Source: Lewinellaceae bacterium (lineage in GTDB: Bacteria > Bacteroidota > Bacteroidia > Chitinophagales > Saprospiraceae). Taken from it: DNA of 64,000 nucleotides. The position numbers and the translations under genes are program-made. Under the pieces are notes generated by a model. The model made no database searches and was not told the DNA's origin. It saw only the letters and a list, made by a program, of their open reading frames with translations. Of this stretch, positions 29,976 to 38,842 are shown in pieces (position 1 is the first letter of the stretch; every line of letters begins with the position of its first letter). The stretch covers positions 282,627 through 346,626 of the forward strand of contig JACJYM010000001.1 in assembly GCA_020636155.1 (NCBI GenBank), written 5' to 3'.

Positions 29976-30185
29976 ATTTCCTCCTACATCCTAAGATTCA
30001 ATCACTATCGGTAAAAAATCAAGTTCTGACATTGGTACGTAGATACATTGCCATGTTTTCAGACATTTAAGTTTCGATTTTCTGAGGCTAATAAATGGTC
30101 TAGAGTAAAATTAAAAGTTATGAATCAAGTCCATCGAGGGCTTGGTAAGGGATTTTTTTATAAATATTTTTAAAACAATAGAAAC

Positions 30186-30743
30186 ATGGAATTAAGTTTA
30201 GCAGATCAGTACTTCTTGAAGGCTATGGATTGGTATCCATGGAATCTTGAATTTGTTACTGAAAATTTACAGTATGCATTGAGTTATGACGACGAACATA
30301 GCCATGCTTGGTGTCTCATGGGAATGCTGTACATGTACCAATTTAAAAATTTTGAATCAGCAAAACCTTGCTTTGAAAAAGCATTGCAGCATAATCATAG
30401 AAACAGTGAAATATACGAGCATTTTATTCTTCTCAATATTTGGAATGCAAATTATGACCATGCTAAAAAACTTATCGATTTTGCTATAAAAATCAAGGGA
30501 GTTGATCATTGCAAATTACATAGGTTACATTCTAAAATAGAGGAAAGCGAGGGTAATTACAAGACGGCTACACAATTATTAAAACAAGCCACTGTCGTCG
30601 CTACGAGTGAGTCCTGTATTGCTATCATTGAGCAAGACATAAAAAGGATAAAAACTAAGGAAAAAGTGTTGTCATCCATGCTGCGAAAAAATAAAAAAGA
30701 TACAAAAAAGAGCCTAAAAAAGGGGGTTAAAAAGAAAAAATAG
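30186..30743 (+). CDS. hypothetical TPR-like protein with lysine-rich C-terminal tail
   Basis: 185 aa. Helical repeat signatures 'W..G.LY....F..A...FEKAL' resemble TPR units. The C-terminus is 'KNKKDTKKSLKKGVKKKK'. Confidence 0.5.
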   Translation: MELSLADQYFLKAMDWYPWNLEFVTENLQYALSYDDEHSHAWCLMGMLYMYQFKNFESAKPCFEKALQHNHRNSEIYEHFILLNIWNANYDHAKKLIDFAIKIKGVDHCKLHRLHSKIEESEGNYKTATQLLKQATVVATSESCIAIIEQDIKRIKTKEKVLSSMLRKNKKDTKKSLKKGVKKKK

Positions 30744-30968
30744 AATATTTATTTTTAGTACGCAATAAGAATGCGTAGTTACAATTCACCTTTGTATTGT
30801 CTTTTAAAGAAAAGACAGAAATATTGAAAATAATTAATAAAGAGACAGTCACCCCGAGTGACAAAAGAAGTCGATGCAAAGATGTTTGCGATACCTGATG
30901 TGGGTTTCTGAATAGCCCCATGTATCTCTGGCGATTGCTATGAGATTGACGATCAATTCTTCTTTCGT

Positions 30969-31146
30969 GGACGCCAAGCGCCAACAGCGTGGGTTCGACT
31001 CCCACTCCTTTTCGAAGGGTAGTTCAGTGGTTTAGAACATTGGTTTTACGTGTCGTGAGTTCAATTCTCACTTCCAATCTCGGTTGGAATAGCTCAGTGG
31101 TAGAGCAGTAGACTTTTTAATCTATGATGGAGTCAGGTCTCCACAA
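30969..31146 (+). pseudogene. three degenerate tRNA-like sequences (tRNA remnants)
   Basis: (i) 30969-31013 has a perfect T-arm, GTGGG-TTCGACT-CCCAC, but no foldable 5' half. (ii) 31014-31078 has the D-arm GTTC-AGTGGTTTA-GAAC and the T-arm GTGAG-TTCAATT-CTCAC, but no anticodon or acceptor pairing. (iii) 31082-31146 resembles tRNA-Lys(TTT) ('TAGCTCAGTGGTAGAGCAGTAGACTTTTTAATCTAT'), with an 8-nt anticodon loop and a broken T-arm/acceptor. It also repeats the tRNA-Arg 3' segment 'TGATGGAGTCA'. Confidence 0.45.
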
Positions 31147-31445
31147 AACCTAAATTCACCGGGGTACTTTTCTTTGAATTCAATTTTCAGAGATTATCGC
31201 TTAAGCCAATGTGCTGATGGATTATCTTTAGAAAAATTCTGATTCAAGATTTGTAAAAAACGGATACCGTTGAAGAATTGATTTGCTCAAGCATTCAATC
31301 TATTGTAATATACATTGCAATACATTGATCCTTGTTTCAGCTCCTCAACAGTTCAACTCAAGTTTGATACCATCTCGCAATAGAAGAATTCGAAGATTGG
31401 TACCTCATTTTAAAATTGTATTTTTTAACCATTTAAATAATTAAA

Positions 31446-32552
31446 ATGATGAGACAAGTTAGACTAAAAGTGAACGCTTATGAAAAAGCGTTGGTTTTCA
31501 AGAATGGACAGCTTGTCCGTGTATTGGATCAAGGAAAATACTGGATAAGTCCATGGGTAAGGGTCATGAAATATGACATTACAGAGTTATTCTACCACGA
31601 GATAGATCTCGACTTATTGCTTCAATGCGAAGATTTGTCGAAGAGAATCAACGTGGTGGAAGTAGCTGATAACGAAATTGCACTTCAATACAAAAATGGT
31701 AATTTTCAAAAAGTATTGCCACCTGGTCAGTATGCTTATTGGAAGGATGGACTTGACTATGATTATGAAAAGATAGCGCTTGATAAAGTTGAGGTAAGTG
31801 AGAGCATCAACAGAAAAGTATTGGCAAAACCTGAAGTTGCGAGATATCTCAGCACTCATTATATCGAAAGTTACGAAAGAGGTTTGTTGTATGTGGAAGG
31901 TAAATTGGTGAAAACCTTGGATCCCGGAGTGTACTACTACTGGAAAAACGAGCAGAACGCCATAGTGAGTAAAGTAGATTTGAGAGCTCAACAAATGGAA
32001 ATCAGCGGACAAGAACTCTTGACCTCTGACAAAGCGACGGTGAGGTTGAGCTTGTTTGCACAGTATCGTGTTACGGATATTGTCAAAGCCTTGAATGAGA
32101 ACAAAGATTACGTAAAACAGCTTTATGTGATGATTCAATTGGCACTAAGAGAATATTTAGGACAGTATAGCTTGGATCAGTTGCTTGCCAACAAGTCAGG
32201 CATTGCACCATTTGTACTTGACTTTGTTTCTGATAAGATTGCAAACCTTGGTGTTGAGTTGATGGATATCGGTGTCAGAGATATCATTTTACCCGGTGAT
32301 ATCAGGGAAATCATGAACCAAGTATTGGTAGCAGAAAAAAAGGCACAAGCCAATACCGTTTTGAGACGTGAAGAAACAGCCTCTACTAGAAGTTTGTTAA
32401 ACACGGCAAAACTCATGGAAGACAACGAGATGTTATTCAAGTTGAAAGAAATGGAATACATGGAAAAAATCGCTGATAAAATCGGAGAAATCACCATCAA
32501 TGGTGGTGGTCGGGTCATTGACCAATTAGGCGAACTCTTGAGTAGCCGTTAA
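31446..32552 (+). CDS. SPFH/band-7 domain protein with three tandem N-terminal beta-hairpin repeats, no TM segment
   Basis: 368 aa. Repeats: 'KALVFKNGQLVRVLDQGKYWISPW', 'IALQYKNGNFQKVLPPGQYAYWKDG', 'RGLLYVEGKLVKTLDPGVYYYWKNE'. Each resembles the SPFH N-terminal 'GE.GVV.RFGK...L.PG.H...P' element. The C-terminal half, 'LTSDKATVRLSLFAQYRV...VLVAEKKAQA', is a band-7 core. Confidence 0.6.
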   Translation: MMRQVRLKVNAYEKALVFKNGQLVRVLDQGKYWISPWVRVMKYDITELFYHEIDLDLLLQCEDLSKRINVVEVADNEIALQYKNGNFQKVLPPGQYAYWKDGLDYDYEKIALDKVEVSESINRKVLAKPEVARYLSTHYIESYERGLLYVEGKLVKTLDPGVYYYWKNEQNAIVSKVDLRAQQMEISGQELLTSDKATVRLSLFAQYRVTDIVKALNENKDYVKQLYVMIQLALREYLGQYSLDQLLANKSGIAPFVLDFVSDKIANLGVELMDIGVRDIILPGDIREIMNQVLVAEKKAQANTVLRREETASTRSLLNTAKLMEDNEMLFKLKEMEYMEKIADKIGEITINGGGRVIDQLGELLSSR

Positions 32553-32762
32553 ATTATCCCCGGAAGTTGCATGCTTTCGGGGATTTTCAAATAGAGATTT
32601 TTTCATTAAAAAAAGCTACCATTCGCATATTAATCACATTTTACAAGATATCACGAACTGAAAATGTCCCTTCGGACACATTAACAATTGTTTTACATAT
32701 TAACATTGGTCTAATTCCCTATTTCCGCTAATTTTACAGGAGTTAAAAAAATTACGTTTCCA

Positions 32763-34673
32763 ATGAAAATTTTGGCTTTTCTAATGTCTTTCTTCTTGTT
32801 GCAATCTCTATCTGCTCAATCTGATCATGCTTATTGCAATAAAGCAGAATGGGCAAAAAGACACTTAAATACAACTATCAGGACGAGTGCTTATACGAAT
32901 AATTACGACTTACATTACTATCGATTTGATTGGAAAATCGATCCTGCAGTTTATGCGATTCAAGGTAGTGCACTGGTAAAGTTTACGGTATTGGAAGATG
33001 ATTTTAATGAAATAAACTTTGACTTTTCAACAGTGCTTCAAATCGATTCCATCACATATCATGGCGAAAATCTAAGCTATGAACAATTAGACAATTACAG
33101 ACTAAAAATAGACTTACCTTTGAGCTTGACATCGGGTACAGATGATGAGATTACCATCGCATATCACGGTAGTCCGCCATCAGGTGGCTTGGGTTCTTTT
33201 ATCCAGGACAATCACGCTGGAACCCCCGTTTTATGGACACTTTCTGAACCTTATGGAGCTCAAGATTGGTGGCCATGTAAAAATGGATTGGATGATAAAA
33301 TTGATAGCCTAGACGTCTATGTGACCTCACCAATGCCCAATAAAGCAGCCAGTAATGGTAAACTAATGTCTGTCACCATAAATGCAGACAGTACAATGTC
33401 AACGACACATTGGTCTCACAGGCATGCGATAGCACCATATCTAGTAGCCATCGCAGTGACCAATTACGTAGATTATACCGATACAGTTACATTTGATGAT
33501 GGTAGCACGACCCCAATGGTCAATTATGTGTATCCTGAAAGTTTAGAATCTGCCATCCTAGGTACAACGGATAACATCCTCGCTCTCCAGTATTATGACA
33601 GTCTTTTTGTATCTTATCCATTCAAAAATGAAAAATATGGCCATGCCCAATTCGGTTGGGGAGGTGGAATGGAACATCAGACGATGAGCTATGTAATTAA
33701 TTACGGATGGTCATTGCTGGCACATGAGCTAGCACATCAGTGGTTTGGAGACTATGTTACATGTGGGTCTTGGGAAGATATATGGCTCAATGAAGGATTT
33801 GCCACTTATCTGGAAGGATTGACAAGAAAGAGATTTCTTGGTGAAGCATCATGGAGAAACTGGCAATTAAACAAAATAAACAGCGTAACAGGATCACCTG
33901 ACGGTTCCGTTTGGGTCAATGACACCACCAATGTGGGTCGTATTTTTAGTGGCAAACTCAGTTATAACAAAGCATCCTATCTCTTACACATGTTGAGATG
34001 GAAGCTAGGTGACGAAGCCTTTTTTGGCGGATTAAGAAATTACCTCAATACCATGGGTCATGGATATGCAAGAACATCAGATTTGCAGGAATTCCTAGAA
34101 GATGCCTCAGGCCAATCCCTCGACGAGTACTTGAATGACTGGTTTTATGGACAAGGATTCCCGACGTATGAAATCCAGTGGTATCAAAACGAAAATGGGG
34201 ATTTATTGATAAAAATAAATCAAACACCCTCTAATCAATCGGTGGACTTTTTTGAAATGCCTGTACCACTTCGCATCCATAGTGACGCTGAAACCCAAGA
34301 CTTGAGATTAGAAAATACAGAAAATGGTCAGTTATATGTTTTACACCCGGGTTTTGCCGTACAATCACTCGAATTTGACCCAGAGCTCTGGCTCATGTCT
34401 TTAAGCACGGTTGTAAACACAGAATTATCGGGAGTTGGAGACGTCGAAAAGGAAGGGTATAAAATATTCCCAAATCCTACCTCTAGCATAATCAATATCG
34501 AAGGTCCTGAGATCGGGACTCCGTATACCATTACGGATGTAACCGGAAAACTTATAAAATATGGCCAGCTCAATGTGGATAAGCTCAATGTTGAGGACAT
34601 GAGAAGTGGCACTTATTTCTTAAACTTACAAGTGAATGAAAGCATCATACAGAGGAAGTTTGTGAAGATGTAG
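32763..34673 (+). CDS. M1-family zinc aminopeptidase with T9SS C-terminal sorting domain
   Basis: 636 aa. Signal peptide is present. The exopeptidase motif is 'GGGMEHQ' (GAMEN-like). The zinc site is 'LAHELAHQWFGD...WLNEGFATY' (HExxH-x18-E). The C-terminus, 'YKIFPNPTSSIINIEG..GTYFLNLQ', is a T9SS CTD. Confidence 0.88.
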   Translation: MKILAFLMSFFLLQSLSAQSDHAYCNKAEWAKRHLNTTIRTSAYTNNYDLHYYRFDWKIDPAVYAIQGSALVKFTVLEDDFNEINFDFSTVLQIDSITYHGENLSYEQLDNYRLKIDLPLSLTSGTDDEITIAYHGSPPSGGLGSFIQDNHAGTPVLWTLSEPYGAQDWWPCKNGLDDKIDSLDVYVTSPMPNKAASNGKLMSVTINADSTMSTTHWSHRHAIAPYLVAIAVTNYVDYTDTVTFDDGSTTPMVNYVYPESLESAILGTTDNILALQYYDSLFVSYPFKNEKYGHAQFGWGGGMEHQTMSYVINYGWSLLAHELAHQWFGDYVTCGSWEDIWLNEGFATYLEGLTRKRFLGEASWRNWQLNKINSVTGSPDGSVWVNDTTNVGRIFSGKLSYNKASYLLHMLRWKLGDEAFFGGLRNYLNTMGHGYARTSDLQEFLEDASGQSLDEYLNDWFYGQGFPTYEIQWYQNENGDLLIKINQTPSNQSVDFFEMPVPLRIHSDAETQDLRLENTENGQLYVLHPGFAVQSLEFDPELWLMSLSTVVNTELSGVGDVEKEGYKIFPNPTSSIINIEGPEIGTPYTITDVTGKLIKYGQLNVDKLNVEDMRSGTYFLNLQVNESIIQRKFVKM

Positions 34674-34706
34674 GTGGCTTCAAGAAATATATATAGCAAT
34701 TAATCG

Positions 34707-35510
34707 GTGAATATAAAAATTGTTCCGTACTCACTATTAATGGCTTTTTGTAGTTCATGTTCTGATTCGATTGGCTATTGCAAGAATATGAATAAGGATG
34801 AAATTAATTCAATAAGTTACCTATATAATAATTCGCCACAAAGCGATCTTCTACCGCTTTCGAAATTAGATGGAATTATTCAATTTTACTCCAATGATAG
34901 CTGGACAGAATCACTTTCAATCAGGGTGTTAAATGTTGAGGATAAGAAAATTATCCAATATTATATGTTTGAGCGAGATCCATTGACAAAATGTAAAGTA
35001 AATACATTTAAGGAGTTTGAATTAACGGAAAGTCAATTTACATCTTTATCAATTAAAATGGCCAATTTGATGTGTAACCCAGTAAATCTTGAAACATCAA
35101 CTTCCATCGATGGTAATTTTTTTAGTTTAATCTTTAAGTCTGAAAATAAACTTCAAGCCTATAATTGGCAATCTTTTTCTAATGATTCTAATTCTCCAGA
35201 TTTGGGCATCGTAAAAGATAAAATTTCGAATATTATAGGGGATTTAATGGAGTTGTGCCTGATTCCTAATGGAACCAAAAAAATAATTGTCGAACAAAGT
35301 CCAAAATATCTTGATTCCTTTGAAGTTACAGCTTATATTAGAGATCAATATAATTTAAAGACTACACAAGTTTATTTAGATAATCATGAAATAAAACAAA
35401 AAGATATTGGGTTGTTAGAAATGTATATTCATAAAAATGATACTTTAAATATTAAAAATAGAATCCACTTTAAAGTCGAACTTTTGAATGGAAAAATTAT
35501 CGAATTATGA
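34707..35510 (+). CDS. hypothetical lipoprotein
   Basis: 267 aa. The lipobox is 'LLMAFCSSCS'. The gene is AT-rich with no recognisable motifs. Confidence 0.5.
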   Translation: MNIKIVPYSLLMAFCSSCSDSIGYCKNMNKDEINSISYLYNNSPQSDLLPLSKLDGIIQFYSNDSWTESLSIRVLNVEDKKIIQYYMFERDPLTKCKVNTFKEFELTESQFTSLSIKMANLMCNPVNLETSTSIDGNFFSLIFKSENKLQAYNWQSFSNDSNSPDLGIVKDKISNIIGDLMELCLIPNGTKKIIVEQSPKYLDSFEVTAYIRDQYNLKTTQVYLDNHEIKQKDIGLLEMYIHKNDTLNIKNRIHFKVELLNGKIIEL

Positions 35511-35582
35511 TACAACTGACATCATTGCAGAAAAAATATTTCGTCTTTGTCAATCATCAAGAGTCATGCTAAAAATTTTAAC

Positions 35583-35786
35583 TTAATTCAAATTCTCCCC
35601 ACCTAATTTCCTCTCCTTTTCCATACTGGCTTTTTTCACTTTTGGTGGCATCCTACCATTTTCTTTCAGTGCTTGATCGAGAATCCACTCGATTTGCCCA
35701 TTGGCACTGCGGAACTCGTCCGCAGCCCATTTTTCAATCGCATTGTAAGTTTCCTCAGAAATCCTGAGAACAAATTTCTTCTTCAC
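35583..35786 (-). CDS. ribbon-helix-helix (Arc/CopG-like) DNA-binding protein
   Basis: 67 aa. 'KFVLRISEETYNAIEKWAADEFRSANGQIEWIL' has the beta-strand + two-helix RHH pattern. It is the second gene after the SPFH gene, with a 9-nt gap. Confidence 0.6.
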   Translation of the reverse strand: MKKKFVLRISEETYNAIEKWAADEFRSANGQIEWILDQALKENGRMPPKVKKASMEKERKLGGENLN

Positions 35787-35795
35787 ATTTCCACA

Positions 35796-36644
35796 TTAAG
35801 AGTACAAAGTTCCCGTATTGACCACCGGTGTGGCTTCTCTGTCACTGCACAATATCACCATGAGATTACTCACCATACTGGCCTTTTTATCCTCGTCAAA
35901 CTCCATAATATCCTCCTCTTTCAGTCTATCAAGTGCCATCTGTACCATGCTCACAGCACCTTCTACTATCTTATGTCTCGCAGCTACGATGGCTTCGGCT
36001 TGCTGACGTTTAAGCATAGCTCCTGCTATCTCCTCAGCATAAGCGAGATATCCGATTCTGGCTTCCATAACCTCAATTCCCGCAATTTCTAGTCTCTCTG
36101 ACAAGGCCAACTCAAGTGCATGATTGATTTCATCCATGCCTGATCTTAGCGAGATTTCTTCATGATCTTCAAAATTGTCATAGGGATATTGCCCTGCCAG
36201 ATTACGTACTGCCGCATCACTTTGTAACTTGACGAATCGTTCATAATCATCGACTTCAAAGGCCGCCTTATAGGTATCTTTTACCCGCCACACCGTGATG
36301 ACACTTATAAGAATTGGGTTACCCCTCTTGTCATTGACCTTAACTCTTTCACTTTCAAAATTTCTTGCTTTTAGCGAAATCACTTTTTTAAGATAAAAGG
36401 GGAGTATCCAATAAAAACCATTCTCTTTAATACTACCGGAATATGTTCCGAAAAATGTCAATACCCGAGAACCATTGGGGTGTATCATTAAAAATCCGGG
36501 TAGGATGAATACAATTGATACTCCCGCTAAGATACTAAGTATGGGTTGTTCTTGAATGATTGAATATATGAGTACGCCTATGATGGCAAATAATATGAGT
36601 AACATGATGTACCCAGACATGGCTTTAAAGCTCTTTTCTTTCAT
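35796..36644 (-). CDS. SPFH/band-7 (stomatin/prohibitin-like) membrane protein
   Basis: 282 aa. Two N-terminal TM helices are followed by 'ILPFYLKKVISLKARNFESERVKVNDKRGNPILISVITVWRV' and a coiled 'AEAIVAAR' band-7 core. Confidence 0.8.
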   Translation of the reverse strand: MKEKSFKAMSGYIMLLILFAIIGVLIYSIIQEQPILSILAGVSIVFILPGFLMIHPNGSRVLTFFGTYSGSIKENGFYWILPFYLKKVISLKARNFESERVKVNDKRGNPILISVITVWRVKDTYKAAFEVDDYERFVKLQSDAAVRNLAGQYPYDNFEDHEEISLRSGMDEINHALELALSERLEIAGIEVMEARIGYLAYAEEIAGAMLKRQQAEAIVAARHKIVEGAVSMVQMALDRLKEEDIMEFDEDKKASMVSNLMVILCSDREATPVVNTGTLYS

Positions 36645-36882
36645 TGTCGAATATTTAATAGTTTATTAATATCATTTTGATATCACAAATATAGCACAGC
36701 AAATAAACAATAGTAGAAAAAAATGATTAATTACACATTTTTCATGACCAATAGATTGAATTGATGGATTAAATTTCAAATTTGAATAGATCCAAAAGCC
36801 CCAAATATAGATTTCAAATACCGATTCTTTCAAAATATAAATTTTATCCCTATCTTTAGAGATTATTATTTTAAAATATTGT

Positions 36883-37779
36883 TTGACCTTAACCTATTTG
36901 ATCATGAAAATTACATTCGCCATTTGCCTTCTGTTATTAAATAATTTTGATATTATTTCTCAGCAAGACACTACAAAATTCAGTTTTGTATCGGAAAGAA
37001 ACGAGTGGAATATTTTGATTCCGGATTATTTTTCACCTGAAATCTACACTGAGACCTATACATTTTCAGCGAAAGATACTCTCTTCTCTCATGGGGTTGA
37101 AAACCCAGATACTTTAAGCTATCGAGAGTTAATTCTTACCAAGGGAGATGGTGTACCACAGAACACCAAGCAATTTTATCGAGAAGAAGACAATAAAGTA
37201 TACTTATATTACGGTGATGAAGATATCATTATATATGACTTTAATAAGAACATCGGTGACACTATAAATTATCATGAAATAATCAGCCATGGAATTGAGT
37301 ATTATGTAGTGGATAAGGGTGAATTGATGCTACTCGATGGTTCTCGTATCAGTAGAATCAACCTGGACTGTTTCGGAGATAATATTTGGTACCAAGGTAT
37401 TGGTTCAGCCAGTTTCACTTTTGAACCATGGAATAATTGCTACTACGAAATTTCAAAAATCCTGACCTGCTTTTCACGAGACGGGATATTGTTGTATAAA
37501 AATCCTTTTTTAACATGTACTACCGGAACGCATGATTTAAACCTCAATTTGTTTTCCATATATCCCAATCCTGCTCAAGACAACATTAAGTTTTCTGGTT
37601 TAGATGTAGGAACTTATTCCTACCTCATTTTTAACAATTTGGGACAAAAAGTATTGGAAGGAAACATAAACAATAAAGAAAAAATAGACTTATTAAATTT
37701 GCCGGAAGGCCTGTATTTTATAACATTGGAGGATAGTAAAGGAAAAAATAGGACTCAGAATTTTGTGATACAAAAATAG
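36883..37779 (+). CDS. hypothetical secreted protein with T9SS C-terminal sorting domain
   Basis: 298 aa. Signal peptide is present. The C-terminus is 'LFSIYPNPAQDNIKFSGLDVGTYSYLIFNNLGQKV..GLYFITLE'. Confidence 0.65.
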   Translation: MTLTYLIMKITFAICLLLLNNFDIISQQDTTKFSFVSERNEWNILIPDYFSPEIYTETYTFSAKDTLFSHGVENPDTLSYRELILTKGDGVPQNTKQFYREEDNKVYLYYGDEDIIIYDFNKNIGDTINYHEIISHGIEYYVVDKGELMLLDGSRISRINLDCFGDNIWYQGIGSASFTFEPWNNCYYEISKILTCFSRDGILLYKNPFLTCTTGTHDLNLNLFSIYPNPAQDNIKFSGLDVGTYSYLIFNNLGQKVLEGNINNKEKIDLLNLPEGLYFITLEDSKGKNRTQNFVIQK

Positions 37780-37802
37780 GTCAATGCAAAAATTCATAAA
37801 AT

Positions 37803-37839
37803 GGGTTAAATGATTCTTATTATAAAAATCATTTAACCC
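37803..37839. terminator. bidirectional intrinsic terminator between convergent T9SS cargo genes
   Basis: A 12-bp stem, GGGTTAAATGAT/ATCATTTAACCC, with a 12-nt loop, flanked by A/T runs on both sides. Confidence 0.7.
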
Positions 37840-37847
37840 AAATTCTA

Positions 37848-38750
37848 TTATTGTTTAACCACTCGGCTTAGATATTCTTCACCAGAGTTACTTGTAATCT
37901 TAATTAAGTACAATCCACAATTGAGCTCCGAAATGTCCAGTTTGTCATATTCATTTGTTTCGAATATCAAGATACCCGTTGAATCATATATTTTTATATT
38001 CTGGATTTCACTACTGTCATTTGATAGAACATACAATTTTCCGCTAGTTGGGTTTGGATAAATGGAAACAAAACCATCTCTTGACCCTAAATCTAAAGAA
38101 ACAGTTTTCAGAATGTGTTGAAATCCATCAAAATCAAAAGAAGAAAGGCGGAAATAATGTATTCCATTCCTAGATTCTAAGTCTGTATATTCTTGATAAG
38201 TTGAAGCACTTTCTACATTATTGGCCTTGGCACTTAGCACATTGTGATAATTTGTACCATCAAGACTTTCATCAATCACATATTTATCAGTGTTGATTTC
38301 AGTCTCTGTCTCCCAATTAAAAGACAATTTCCCTTGCGATACAATTACCGAAAAGTCCTTCAAAATCACCGGTAATGTCTGATTAAATGCTATGTCACAA
38401 GGCGGACCACATGACACATTTTTAAATTTATAAATTTTAATAATAATATCTTGACTGTTACAACCTTCGAGATTACTAAAATTCCATGTATAGGAATTGG
38501 TACCACCTAAACTACCAGTACAAGCTAATGTGTCGATTAAATCAGAAGGATTAGTACTTCCACAATACGCTTCTATCTGAGCAGAAAAATTACCCTGCAT
38601 TGGATAACTAAAATTGATACTATAATCATATTTGTTCGTAGTCGAATTAAACGTAATACTATTCACCGAATAATTCCATGCAGCACATTGACTTGATGCA
38701 CTACCGATAAATGATAAAAATAATAGGATTGTTAAAATCTGTGTTTTCAT
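37848..38750 (-). CDS. hypothetical secreted protein with T9SS C-terminal sorting domain
   Basis: 300 aa. Signal peptide 'MKTQILTILLFLSFIGSASSQ'. The C-terminus is 'VSIYPNPTSGKLYVLSND..GLYLIKITSNSGEEYLSRVVKQ'. Confidence 0.65.
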   Translation of the reverse strand: MKTQILTILLFLSFIGSASSQCAAWNYSVNSITFNSTTNKYDYSINFSYPMQGNFSAQIEAYCGSTNPSDLIDTLACTGSLGGTNSYTWNFSNLEGCNSQDIIIKIYKFKNVSCGPPCDIAFNQTLPVILKDFSVIVSQGKLSFNWETETEINTDKYVIDESLDGTNYHNVLSAKANNVESASTYQEYTDLESRNGIHYFRLSSFDFDGFQHILKTVSLDLGSRDGFVSIYPNPTSGKLYVLSNDSSEIQNIKIYDSTGILIFETNEYDKLDISELNCGLYLIKITSNSGEEYLSRVVKQ

Positions 38751-38842
38751 AATTACCTGATTGTGTTAAAAGAATTTATTTATTCATAAAAATTTTTTAA
38801 TGATAGAAACAACCCATTGTTATCATATTACTAAAAAAATTA

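Noticed and set aside
30865-31016. Possible tmRNA or long-variable-arm tRNA ending in the perfect T-arm GTGGG-TTCGACT-CCCAC
   Set aside because: No tag-peptide ORF ending in ..ALAA-stop. There is no 5' tRNA-like acceptor partner (only AAAAGAA about 148 nt upstream, with a mismatch) and no foldable D or anticodon arms. It is better explained as a tRNA 3' remnant.
31082-31146. Functional +1-frameshift suppressor tRNA-Lys with an 8-nt anticodon loop
   Set aside because: The acceptor stem (GGTTGGA versus ..ACAAAAC) and T-arm (6-nt loop, no TTC) do not form a cloverleaf, so it is most likely a pseudogene.
35673-36092. ORFs 35673-36092(+) and 35818-36006(+) antisense to the SPFH/RHH operon
   Set aside because: They overlap a well-supported band-7 gene on the opposite strand and have no independent signals.
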